Source: Octopus sinensis (lineage: Eukaryota). Taken from it: a stretch of DNA of 64,000 nucleotides. Within the stretch, counting starts at the first letter, position 1. Each line of letters opens with the position of its first letter. The position numbers and the translations under genes are program-made. Below are positions 12,955 to 26,066 of the stretch, one piece after another. Location: NCBI RefSeq assembly GCF_006345805.1, contig NC_043008.1, positions 44,392,001 to 44,456,000 of the forward strand, given 5' to 3'. The notes below the pieces were generated by a model. It was not told the DNA's origin. It did not search any database and saw only the letters and a list, made by a program, of their open reading frames with translations.

Positions 12955-13340
12955 ATTATTCTTTCCTGCTGCATGTTGCTGAAACCTGGATAGTCTATAA
13001 AGCTGAAGTAGACAAATTGCATTTACATTCGGTGAGACAGCTGCGACAAATTATGAACATGGCTCGCTTTGACATGATCACGAATGAAGAGATACTACGG
13101 CGTGCAGGTCTGCCACCTTGTTGGAAATCCTTCTTGATAGAAATTTGCGCTGGTTGGGACAAATTGACTCTGTGGCAACTCCTTTAATCCCAATTATATA
13201 AGGAGAAAAATTAACACGGGGCCCCTAACATGAAATTCAAAGATACTGCCAGAAGAAATATGAAGTAGGAACGAAGCGATCATAAGTGGCAAGCTCAAAC
13301 GAAAATCCCACCAGTATGGAGAAAGCTTGTCAAGTCATAA
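12955..13340 (+). mobile_element. RTE-type LINE 3' fragment
   Basis: LLHVAETWIVYKAEVDKLHLHSVRQLRQIMNMARFDMITNEEILRRAGLP, then frameshifted RNLRWLG and KFKDTARRNMK. Confidence 0.85.
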
Positions 13341-13659
13341 CAAAGCCATGAATATTCATATTCGCGACATCTGACTGCAGAGAAATATTTTAAAAAAAGC
13401 AAGAAACAGGCACAATTCATATAATTAGATTTTACGATCACCTTGTTGCTACACACAAGATTTCTTATGGTAGTTGAAAGAATCTTAAGGCTTCAGTAGT
13501 AGACCAAATTGGCGACTGATTGAGGCATTTCAAACATCTGTATTACTCTTGCTTAACCTTGGGCAGGTTTTCTATCACCTGCAATCATGCTGAACAACTG
13601 ACCAAAGCAGATATTACACCCTGGGGACTTCTGCACTCTAATGGAGGACTAATGCCACG

Positions 13660-14130
13660 TATCTGCAATTGAGCATTTTGGCAAAAGCACTGAACATGAA
13701 ATTAAGAATATACCAAACTAATGGGATGTGGTGGCAGCAGAGATCTCTGGTGAAGCATTGTGTACACGTTTCGATTGTGGCGTCTTGAAGACGATTGAAA
13801 ATGTTCAATACGCTTTCTGGATAGCGGTTCATACTGGGAAAGTATGAGATCATTAGATAGATGTTTCGATGCTTTCATGCTCCTCTTTGATATAGTCATG
13901 GTTAAGGCTTGCAACCTTGTTTTTACAGATGTTACATTTAGGATTGTAACATCACGGTTTCGATTCTCAATACGAGGTGATACGTTTTGTTCTTGAGCAG
14001 GTCTCTACATTTCACGTTGCTCCAGTTCTGTTAGCTGTAAATAAGTAACTCTGAGATGCCTTGGCACCACAACCAGAATCTTATCATCTCGGTCACTTAT
14101 ACGCCATGGTTTCCGGCCCTTTCAGTCCTT
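13660..14130 (-). mobile_element. Decayed RTE-like LINE 3' fragment
   Basis: Broken translation MNRYPESVLNIFNRLQDATIETCTQCFTRDLCCHHIPLVWY is loosely like the RTE DRIRNxxIR..LRWYGH region. Confidence 0.35.
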
Positions 14131-14980
14131 GGGCTTGAGTCTGTTTTTTTTTTGTTTTGTTTAATGTATATTTAGTTAAATAATAAAAGGTGTCGAATGG
14201 TTCTCTTGCGTCATAACGAAATACGCTGTCAATGATGCTGTAGTTGCTTAGTTTTCTAAGCGCTCCTTATTTTTCAGACACTCAAAGAGACTCTAACCAT
14301 TTTGTTCTATATTTTGCCGTCAGCCAGAATGTAGTGAAAAATATATTATTCAAGTATTGCTTTCTTAAAACAGAAAAGTGCGATTTGAGAGAAATATAAC
14401 TACAAGAACCAAAAAGAAAAAAAAAACAGGTCAGGATGTGGAAGAAACGCTCCGCTGTTGGTTTGCACTTAAATATATATGTAAATTAGTGTTATAATGT
14501 TGGCAATATCAGTAAAACGCTAATTAGTGACTTCTATAATTTAGATGTTAATTTTTGGAACGTACAACTATCATTCTTTGTCATCAATCGATATATCGAC
14601 AGAAAGCTTTCCGTATCATTTTTGTAACATGAAGTATGCTTTTGGAGGAATGCTCATATTTTAGCTAACCTAGAGTATTTAATTCAGAAGCTATTTGCTT
14701 ACATTTTAGCTTTTTTTTTTTTTTTTGACACAATTTTATAGACATCCGATGAATAAGTTAACGTGGTCAGCATAGTAAATTAATTAATCAATCCTCAACC
14801 AATAAAGAAAACTCAGTCTGGTCATAAAAATATTATCAAGCACCTTATGTAATGGCTAGTGATTCTCTATTCGCTAATTTTATGTTTTCCTTCTTAAATT
14901 CTCAATCTTAAGACTTCCGAGTGCATATTAAACTCTTAATTTCACATCAATTCTGCGATTGGTTCTGTATAGTTGTATCC

Positions 14981-15368
14981 GGAGGCGAAATAGCCCAGTG
15001 GTTAGGGCAGTGGACTCGCGGTCATAGGATCGCGGTTTCGATTCCCAGACTGGACATTGTGAGTGTTTATTGAGCGAAAACACCTAAAGCTCCAGGAGGC
15101 TCCTGCAGGGGATGGTGAGGATCCCTGCTGTACTCTTTCACCACAACTTTCTCTCACTCTTACTTCCTGTTTCTGTTGTACCTGTATTTCAAAGGGCCGG
15201 CCTTGTCACTCTCTGTGTCACGCTGAATATCCTCGAGAACTACGTTAAGGGTGCACGTGTCTGTGGAGTGCTCAGCCACTTACACGTTAATTCCACGAGC
15301 AGGCTGTTCCGTTGATTCGGATCAACCGGAAACCTCGTCGTCGTAACCGACGGAGTGCTTCCATATCC
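14981..15368 (+). mobile_element. SINE family C, full length, with 11-bp TSD
   Basis: tRNA-like head gcccagtggttagggcag..ggtttcgattccc; TSD atagttgtatc at 14969-14979 and 15369-15379; close homologue at 50820-51211. Confidence 0.92.
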
Positions 15369-15835
15369 ATAGTTGTATCAATATTGTACACTTTGTGATT
15401 ACCTTTTATCAAAAGGTGGATGTCATTCGAAAACCTCTTTATTTGCATTATCTTTATATTAGCATCTTTATTAATCTTTTAATGACACACATAAAAGTAT
15501 TGGAGTTGAGTCACCTTAGAAAATTCATTTTCTACTAGCAATTCAATTTAGCTTCATAATTCCTTAATCTCTGATTCTTCAAAATCCCTTGTTGTTGACA
15601 CATAACATAGGGTACACATCAATTTATCTGCGACGCTTGATATTTTACTTATATTTCTAGAATCCAGATTTGAGAACACTGTAAAAACTCTATGTTGACC
15701 ACACTAGTAAATTAAGAGGGTCGATATAATCGACATTATATACGTCCCTAAATTTTGGGCCGGTTTTCGTTAAGTAAAAAATAATGTATCGCGGACAGTA
15801 AAAATTATTTACAACAACAGTAACGGATTTAATAT

Positions 15836-16045
15836 TAGGCGCTGAGCTGGCAGAATCGTTTTAACACCGGACAAAATGCTTAGCAGCATATCGTCTGTCT
15901 TCACAATTTGAGTTCAAATGCTATTAACATCCACTTTGGTTTCGGAGTTGTTTCAATAAGTACAAGTTGAACACTGCGGTCGATGTTATCGACTATCCCA
16001 CTCCTCTAAAATTGCTGGCCCAGTGCCAAAATTTGAGACCAGTAT
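15836..16045 (+). mobile_element. SINE family B monomer, older
   Basis: gagctggcagaatcgtt..gagttcaaat..tail aaaattgctggcccagtgccaaaatttga. Confidence 0.8.
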
Positions 16046-16100
16046 TAGGTGAATTTTGTATATCTCTATATTTTATTCAAGACAAAGCAATGCTAAGGAC

Positions 16101-16501
16101 GAGCTGGCAGAAACGTTAGCACGCCGGGCGGAATGTGTAGCTGTATTTCGTCTGCCGCTACGTTCTGAGTTCAAATTCCGCCGAGGTCAACTTTGCTTTC
16201 CATCCTTTTGGAGTCGATAAATTAAGTACCATTTACGCACTGGGGTGGATATAATCGACTTAATCCGTTTGTCTGTCCTTGATTGTCCTTTCTGTGTTTG
16301 GCCCATTGTGGGTAGTAAAGAAATAGGTATTATGTCTGTCGCTACGTTCTGGCTTCAAATTCCGCCGAGGTCGACTTTGACTTTCATCCTTTCGGGGTCG
16401 ATAAATTAAGTACCATTTCCGCACTGGAGTCGATGTAATCGACTTAGTCTGTCCTTGTTTGTCCCCTCCATGCTTAACCCCTTGTGGGTTGTAAAGAAAT
16501 A
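16101..16501 (+). mobile_element. Dimeric SINE family B with 19-bp TSD
   Basis: One head plus two tandem body-tail units; acaaagcaatgctaaggac at 16082-16100 and 16502-16520. Confidence 0.92.
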
Positions 16502-16861
16502 ACAAAGCAATGCTAAGGACATTACAGAGATTCTTCAATGTTAATTGAAGAGAGGAAGGCATTCAGTAACTGGAGAAGTCTGGAATCTGTTAAACGTACG
16601 AAGTATTTGGATGGTGGAGTTAAAACAGGTGAGAGATTAAGTCACGCACCTAAGAATTCCATGGCATCATTTGAACGAAGAATGCAAAGAACCGGAATAA
16701 ATAAGACAAAGCAACCGTTCAGAGGTACTTGCACGTGTACAAATCCCCTGGCCTGGATTAGTATTTATTTCTATTTTTCCCCGAAACGGTGTAACAAAAT
16801 ACTTACTTCAAATCTGGAGTTTAAAATATTATTTCTTTATTTACTTACGTTTATATATTTG

Positions 16862-17140
16862 TTTTGCAAGATTTTTTATGTGAAATCGTGTGTTGAAACA
16901 GATATTGTTGTATTTAGGAATGGTCATGTTGCCGGTTTAGCCAATAAAAACACACGCACTATACATTTGGTGTTACTTTGCTTCAGCGTTATTTACTTTT
17001 TACATTAATCTTAATCTTATTTCGGCCAGAGTTCTTTCGTCACACTTCTGTGACCTCATCAGTAACACCAAATATATAGTGCGTGTGTTTTTTATTGGCT
17101 AAACTGGCAAAATGACCATTCCTAAATACAACAATATCTT
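16862..17140 (-). mobile_element. Family P2 Penelope-like fragment with inverted terminal duplication
   Basis: ~75-bp arms at about 16900-16977 and 17063-17138 are reverse complements; the spacer carries a hammerhead-like core on the minus strand; related copies at 49713-49930, 54770-54890, 56360-56430 and 62452-62540. Confidence 0.7.
17025..17066 (-). ncRNA. Candidate hammerhead ribozyme, family P2
   Basis: Minus strand CUGAUGA-G-GUCACA(GAAG)UGUGAC-GAAA-G(AA)C-UC; stem I is weak (gtta/tggc, two G-U pairs). Confidence 0.45.
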
Positions 17141-17528
17141 TATTTATTCTTTTCACTTAAGAAAATTTAATTTAAGGCAAACTTTGAAGTATCTTCTCTT
17201 GTGTTGTCGAACAAACTCGTTCGTCTCTTTTGAAGTAAGGCCCCATGATTTCTACTGTAAGAGACTGAAATGCTAGATGATGGTTGGAAGAAGTTGTGAA
17301 CAATGAAGGAGAATATATTGGTCGCAAAACACGCCTGCAGTTTCTGGGAAGAAGACAAGTCGAGTACATCAACCCCAGTGCTTGTTGAGTACTTATTTTA
17401 AAACGACTCTGAATTCGACAATAGCTGCATTTTAACTCAAAATGTAAGGACGGAGGAGATAACGTTAAGCCCTGTGAACAGACGAATCTGCCATCTTGCC
17501 ATTCTAATAAAAGCGAATATATTATTGG

Positions 17529-17942
17529 CAGTGAGTTGGCAGAAACGTTCGTAGGCCGGACGAAGTCTTTAGCGGTATTTCGTCTGCCGTTACGCTCTGA
17601 GTTCAAATACCGCCGAGGTTGACTTTGCCTTTCATCCTTTACGGGGTCAATTAATTAAGTACCAGTTACGCACTGGGGTCGATATAATCGACTTAATCCG
17701 TTTGTCTGTCCTTGTTTGTCCTCTCTGTGTTTAGCCCCTTGTGGGTAGTAAAGAAATAGGTATTTCGTCTGTCGTTACGTTGTGAGTTCAGATTACGCCG
17801 AGGTCGACTTTGCCTTTCATCCTTTCGGGGTCGATTAAATAAGTACCAGTTACGCACTGGGGTCAATATAATCGACTTAATCTCTTTGTCTGTCCTTGTT
17901 TTTCCCCTTTGTGTTTAGCCCGTTGAGGGCAATAGAGAAATA
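17529..17942 (+). mobile_element. Dimeric SINE family B with 15-bp TSD
   Basis: Same head plus two-unit structure; cgaatatattattgg at 17514-17528 and 17943-17957. Confidence 0.92.
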
Positions 17943-18544
17943 CGAATATATTATTGGGAGATTTGTTTAAAATGTTGATGAAAAATAAGGGCTAACATTT
18001 GAAATATACAAAAGAAAAGACAAATCGAACGAATTTATCTGACAATCCATTGTTTAAAAACACGAAATAATAAACAGATTTTAATCGTTTAAGAAAATAC
18101 TTGTTTAATTTTTAACCGAAAATTTATAACAGGGATGTGATACATCGTGTATTTACATTTTAATTTAAAGATCGATGAAGTATAATATATTTCAATAAAT
18201 CCTTAGTTTCATAAAACTCATTTTTCACGTATGAAATTCTTCACATGACATTCCAAGGAACTGTCTCAGACCTTACTAATCGGAACCACTTGACAGCACA
18301 CTGACGATGTTGGCAGGACTCGTACGAATGTCATTATTCCTTTATAATAGGATAAACTTGCTGATAAACAAGTGTAAATAAATGTTAAAGATTCATCTAT
18401 TGATAATTCATGATGTTTATCATTCTCCGGATACAGTGTTCATTACGAATTTAGAAAATGAAATATGAGAGACAGCTGCGAAGACAGTTTTATAACCTGT
18501 TATAGACTCGTATTATATATATATATATATATATATATACACCC

Positions 18545-18950
18545 TTTTGCTTGTTTCAGTCATTTGACAGCGGCCATGCTGGAGTACCGCCTTTAGTCGA
18601 GCAAATCGACCCCAGGACGTCTTCTTTGTAAGTACTTATTCTATCGATCGTTTTTACCGAGCCGCTAGGTTACAGAGACGTAAACACACCAGCATCGGTT
18701 GTCATGCGATGTTGGGGTGACAAACGCAACACACAAACACACAAACACACACACACACACATATATATGTATATACATAAACACGACGGGCTTCTTTCGG
18801 TTTCCGTCTACGAAATCCACTCACAAGGCTTTGGTCGGCTCGAGGCTATAGTAGAAAACACTTGCTCAAGGTGCCACGCTGTGGGACTGAACCCGGAACC
18901 ATGTGGTTGGTAAGCAAGCTACTTACCACACAGCCACTCCTGCGCCTATG
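18545..18950 (-). mobile_element. SINE family A, full length
   Basis: Reverse complement of head, body, internal microsatellite and tail; ends acacagccactcctgcgccta. Confidence 0.92.
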
Positions 18951-19029
18951 ATTGAAATAGGAGAATCGTTTAGATTTAATGTAATTTTATATAGATAATA
19001 AAAAATTAGCACGGACCTTTAAGGATGTC

Positions 19030-19222
19030 TTTGTTTATCTCCCCAACATCGCTTGACAAACGATGGTGGTGTGTTTACGTCCATGTAACTTAGCGGTTCA
19101 GCAAAAGAGGCAGATAGAATAAGTACTAGGCTTCCAAAGAATAATTCCGGGAGTGGATTTGCTCGACTAAAGGCGGTGCTATAGCATGGCCGCACTCAAA
19201 TGACTGAAACAAGTAAAAGAGT
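19030..19222 (+). mobile_element. SINE family A, 3' half
   Basis: ccccaacatcgcttgacaa..gactgaaacaagtaaaagag. Confidence 0.85.
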
Positions 19223-19295
19223 GTATGTTGATTCGCTAGCCTCTGCACGCATTTTTTTTCTCTCTTTGTTTCTTTCCGTGTTTCTTTTCTGTGTA

Positions 19296-19333
19296 TCTTT
19301 CTGTTGAAGAGCGTATGCACGAAACGTAAAAGA
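19296..19333 (+). ncRNA. Candidate minimal hammerhead (P1 copy within fragment 19245-19432)
   Basis: tcttt-CUGUUGA-A-GAGC(GUAU)GCAC-GAAA-CGUA-aaaga; one mismatch in stem II. Confidence 0.45.
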
Positions 19334-19436
19334 CTTGTTTTATTTATATTTCTGAGCGCCATACTAATACAATTGTTTGTTTGTATTCCACCTGCCTTCG
19401 TCTTTTGTTTATTTTCATAAAGCTTCCCGTTATATA

Positions 19437-19472
<36 letters not shown>

Positions 19473-20224
19473 CAGATGAATTGAGACAAATTTTACGATG
19501 CATAAAACTGGTTATAAATACTAAACTATTGGTAGTAGATAGATATAATTTCAAACCATTGATAGGTGACGTAGCTACGCATCGAAGCTGAACACAAGAC
19601 GCCATCCTTACGTAGCAAGCTGCTTAATCACACGGGGCCACGATGCTCCTATTTCAATTAAGATTTTCTGAAGATCAGCATTCATCAGATCGCTGCTTAA
19701 AGTATTATATTTTCAAGTGTGTGCCATATTTTTCAAATATTTCCAAAAATATTTGTTGTTCCTCTTTCGAAATACCTCTACTTTCATTACATTAAATCTA
19801 AACTTTTATAATTCTTTCCAATTCATTTATTGTATTTTCGACTATAATCTGCTCAATAAATAGACATTTGCTATATTGTGGCATTGTTTCACAACGATAT
19901 TCTTCAGGTTTTCTTGGGGATTTTCTTTATCTTCAAAGTAAATATTGAAACGTTATATGTTACCAATATGTAGAACTGCGTCTTTTAATTTATTTTGTTA
20001 TTTTTTTCTTTGTATTTGTTGATGTCTTCTTCTGTTGTTATGTTTCAGTTTTACTTTTTTTTTACTTTTTAATCTGCAAGATCCGTGTATTAATAGATTA
20101 ACAATAAAATCAATATTGATCAGCCGTCTGCAAATGAAAGCTTAATATCCATAATATAACTGCAGCAGGTATTTCACAAGCAGCCAATTACATAGAAACA
20201 ATTTCGATAACTTCCATGCTTCAT

Positions 20225-20259
<35 letters not shown>

Positions 20260-20430
20260 TTTGTGTGTATTATGAACGTCGTCACCATGCTGAAGCAGAA
20301 AAAAAAAAAAGAAATAGACGTCGAGCAGCCGACAGCTACTTCGGAACGGGAAGATTTTTCTTTCTGAATGACTTCATTACAAATACGACGAATACGACCT
20401 GTGGCATGAATACATTTCGAAAGTGTGGCG

Positions 20431-20850
<420 letters not shown>

Positions 20851-20889
20851 TCTATTTATCTGTCTCTCTAACTACTTATACTTCAATAT

Positions 20890-20927
<38 letters not shown>

Positions 20928-21899
20928 ATATATCTATATATTCACAGAAACACGCAAACACAACGACATATACGTGTGTGTGCCTCTGTGTGTGAGTATG
21001 TGTATGTGTGTGTGTGCGTTTGTATATCTATACATATATATATTTATATTATTGTTTGTCTGTGACAATCATGCTAAGTCAATGACAAGAGTAAAGCTCC
21101 CTGAACCTAACTATGTGTGTGTGTGTACGTGTGTGTCTGTAAGTGTGTGTGTGTGTGTGTGTGTATGTGCGTGTGTGTGTAGTGTTATTTCATTCATTGA
21201 CGATTTTTTGGATTCATTTAAAGACTCCGCTAAAAATGGTAAATAACTAATTCCACGGAACTTTTCTTACCACCAAACGCTACTTCATTTACAATTCATC
21301 ACGAAATTCTTTGCTGTGAACCTATTTCTCTCTAAACATAACAAAAGAAATGTAACGATTTTTAATGTGACGCACGTCTTTGTCGTCTCTGTCTGAGGAA
21401 TTGGCGAAAAATAAATAACGGCATTTGACTGAGAAGCAAAGCGATTCTTTAATTGAATTCGTCGATTATAAAAAGAGCGGGACATACACATGCGCTTACC
21501 ATTCTTGATTCTGTAATATTATTTGATTAAGCAAGGCAATGTGTTGGTAGAATCGTTAGAACACCAATAATAAGCTTTGCGTAACATTTCCTGACAAATT
21601 CTGTTCCGATTATAAATCCTAGCAAGTTCGGTTTTTCTTTCTTCTCCTTGAGAACACTAAAACAGTGTTATAGTCAAGCAGTGAATTTGATTTAATCACC
21701 CTCTCACTCATATTTCAAGTTTTGTACGTAGAATGAAGTAGTTTAATACCCTTGTGTTTTTTTTTATGCTTTCGTGCGCCATCGTCCTCCTTAGACCTTG
21801 ATTTAATAAACATGGGAAGGGCACTTTAGTAATACTCATATTCCTTCACACAAACGCTTTACTTAAATAATAAAATATAATAATATACATTACATCACG

Positions 21900-22270
21900 A
21901 AGTATGAACTGATGTTATAACTGTTGTAAGTTTTCAACAATCATACAAAGCACAGGTTGAAATGGACATTAGTCCTGTCAATCTAAACTAAATATTATAT
22001 TAAAGAGAATTAATTTTAGATTTTAAAAATGCATTGATAATTGAAATCATTACATTTCATAATATTTGGTTCTACACAAAACAGAATCTAACGCCTGTGG
22101 CCTTCAGTAGGATGAAGTCATATTTCGTCCTGATATAATCTCTAGCACGTTCGCTAATATAAGCAAGCGTTGTGCGGACCAAATCTAACAATTTGTTATA
22201 AGATGCACGTAATACAATATATTTAAATATAGCTTCGTAGATGTAACAAGACTTGTTATAAGATGCGACG

Positions 22271-22344
<74 letters not shown>

Positions 22345-22360
22345 TAGATATAATGTATAT

Positions 22361-22421
<61 letters not shown>

Positions 22422-23616
22422 ATATATATTTATAATATATCATATTATATATATATATTTAAATATAGCTTCGTAGATGAAGCAAACATTAATAAGACAG
22501 TATTGCGGTTTAGAAAACAAAAAAACTTACCTGTGCTAAATCTGAATATAACGTGAAGAAATTTTACAGATTTTTAAAGGGATTATCTATCGAAGTCAAA
22601 GTAAGTGTATATTTATCTTGACATACGCACGTCTTCAATGGCCATAGCAGGAAATTTTGTAAAATTCATATTAATAATACAAGACAAACATAACTTTCGT
22701 TTAATTCTTTTAGTCTGCTTAAACGTTTGTATTTCCGTTGTCTCATCATACACACACACACACACACAAACAAACACACACACACACACATATGTATATA
22801 TATGTATGAGTGTGTGCGTATATATATATGTACAAACATATAAAATATATATATGTATGTGTGTGTATATGTATATATAAATATATGTGTGTGTCTATAT
22901 ATATATATGTCTATATGTATATAGACATATATATATATTTGTGTATATATGAATATATGTATATATATATATATGTGTGTGTGTGTGTATAAATATATGC
23001 TTATATGTATGTATATACACTTATATATATGTAAATGTATGTATATATTTACGTATGCGTGTGCACTAACGTGTGTGTGTGTGTGTGTGTAATTGTTTCC
23101 TACTAACCTTGACTACCTGTGTTGCTGTGTTTACGTCCTTGTAAGTAGCTTGCAAGGTTATTGCCCAGAAGTTATCGATAGAATGATTACCAGACTTTTA
23201 AAAAAACTTCTATTCAGATCAATTCGTTCAACTAAATTCTTCAAGACATTGCCTGAGCTCGGCTGGATTTTATTGACCGAAACAAGCAAAAGATTGAAGG
23301 TGCGTTAGATACCTTGAAAGGTTTGGTCCGCACAATAATATCATTCAATCGTAAACGTGTTAAAAATCACATTAGAAGCAGATATGACTTCATTGTACGG
23401 AAGGCCAAAGGTGTTGCATTCCATTTGTATAGAACCAAATGTTATGAAATATAATGATTTCAATTACCAAACCATTCGAAGTTTAAAATTAATTCTCTTT
23501 AATATTTAGTTTAGATTATCAATTGACAAGATTAATGTCAATTTCTGCCTGTACTTTGCACGAATGTCGAAAACCTACAACTGCCATAACTGCAAAGGTC
23601 ACCTCAGTTCATACTT
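21900..23616. repeat. Old long fold-back (inverted repeat) with microsatellite-filled centre
   Basis: Colinear reverse-complement anchors: aagtatgaactga/tcagttcatactt, atctaaactaaatatt/aatatttagtttagat, ttaaagagaattaatttta/taaaattaattctctttaa, ttgtgcggaccaaa/tttggtccgcacaa. Confidence 0.85.
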
Positions 23617-23809
23617 TGTAATATTACAGAATCTTCGCGAAGGATATTACGAGAATACACGTGATTCTTTTCATATAACGGTTTTGTATGATGAAAATTA
23701 AAATCAAATTGTTCAGTAGATATTCTCCATTAGGTGCTTACACTTCAGGAAAAGGAGAATGATTGCTATACTGCTGTTGCTGCTGATGATGATGATATCC
23801 ATAATCTTA

Positions 23810-23925
23810 GTGCAATTCCAGAAAACTGGTTTTCAGGGACAGCTAGGATACTTAGGAAAGTTATTGACATCTAAGATTATTTTTCTTTTGCAGCAGTCTA
23901 ATCTACTGTGCGTATATAAAATAGT
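23810..23925 (+). mobile_element. 3' end of an R4/Dong-type (REL-endonuclease) LINE followed by (TAA)n
   Basis: Translates ..FSGTARILRKVIDI*, matching the GTARILRKVL C-terminus typical of this clade, then runs into a (TAA)n tract. Confidence 0.65.
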
Positions 23926-23953
23926 AATAATAATAATAATACTAATAATGATG

Positions 23954-24619
<666 letters not shown>

Positions 24620-24622
<3 letters not shown>

Positions 24623-24695
24623 AATAATAATAAATAATAATAATAATAATAATAATAATATAATAATATAATAATAATTAATAATAATAATGATG

Positions 24696-24731
<36 letters not shown>

Positions 24732-24802
24732 TAATAATAATAACAATATAACAAAACACAACAACAATAATCGAATAATAATATAAATAATAATAATAAT
24801 AA

Positions 24803-24833
<31 letters not shown>

Positions 24834-24885
24834 AAGAAGAAGAAGAAGAAGAAGAAGAAGAAGAAGAAGAAGAAGAAGAAGAAGA
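24620..24885. repeat. (AAT)n grading into (GAA)n
   Basis: Visible directly; source of the poly-I/L/F/S ORFs. Confidence 0.95.
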
Positions 24886-25273
24886 AACAAAAGCTATAAA
24901 ATAAATGCAATCCAAGCTAAAACTATATTATATCATACTATATTAGGGGGAAAATCATCCAGACCAAGGCAGAACAAGTATATCAAGTCATGTAGAATAC
25001 TTTAATTAGTAGAAGATGAACACAAATGCTAGGTTAGTGTATCCATACATTGGGTATTCTGTCATCAGAAACATGTTATGAATATTTTTTAAGACAGGGA
25101 AAATTTACAGTTTTCAAGTTTAAATAAAATCTACAGTTTATGAAGAATAATATAGAAGAAAAAGAGTTATGGTAGATAGAAGTATATAGGCAGAGAATAA
25201 TGTATGCGTGTATGTGCGTGCGTAATAATATATATATATAATATATATATATATATATACAACATTGTATATA

Positions 25274-25314
<41 letters not shown>

Positions 25315-26034
25315 ATATATATATATATATCATTGTCTAAAAAATTTTGATTCTTCAAAATGTTACGATTTGTTATTGAACCTAATGTCGAGTAGAGATC
25401 TCTCTCCAACAATAATTGGTTTATAGCTTCTGCTATAATTCTGAAAGTCTCAGTTACATATTCCATCACGTTTTACAGGTAAATTATAGTTTTGCATTCA
25501 ACGATCTGCGCTTACAGCAATATTTATTATTATTATTTTTTTTTTTTTTTTTTGCTGTTCCGAAATTTTTAGTTATGTTGCTGACTAAAACATCAGTATA
25601 AACTATAACAATAGTGAAAGAGATTTGAACAAAATTCTTTAAACATAAGAGAAATGAAAAAAAAATAATAGCTGTTTAATGGGAAACTGAAACAATTTCC
25701 AAACATCCATGTCTTTCATGTGAACCTGATACAAAATAGTTAAAGTCAAATTTTGTTGAAACAACTTCCACAACTATTTTTATTCACAAGAGGTATGGCT
25801 GTGTGGTTAAAGGACCTTGCTTCGGAAGCAGACGGTTTCTGGTTCAGTCACACTGCGCGGCGCTCTGAGCAAGTGCCATGTACGGAAGCCCCGGGCTGAT
25901 TATTGCTTAGTAAGTGAACTTGAAAGGGAACTGGGTGGAATCCCTTTAATACACACACTCACACACACATATGTGTGTATGTATGTTTCTCTCTACCTAT
26001 CTATATCTATGTCTCTCTCTCTATATATATGATG

Positions 26035-26064
<30 letters not shown>

Positions 26065-26066
<2 letters not shown>

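Noticed and set aside
14981-15060. tRNA gene calls at SINE heads (also 34243, 50820, 8645, 33196)
   Set aside because: A/B-box-like motifs run straight into multicopy SINE bodies with TSDs, and there is no complete cloverleaf or acceptor stem
16538-17008. 156-aa ORF as a gene
   Set aside because: The 3' half is the P2 repeat, there is an in-frame stop just upstream, and no recognisable domain
16101-17942. CRISPR-like or satellite interpretation of the recurring ~200-bp units
   Set aside because: Eukaryotic SINE dimers with TSDs; no short repeats with unique spacers and no cas genes
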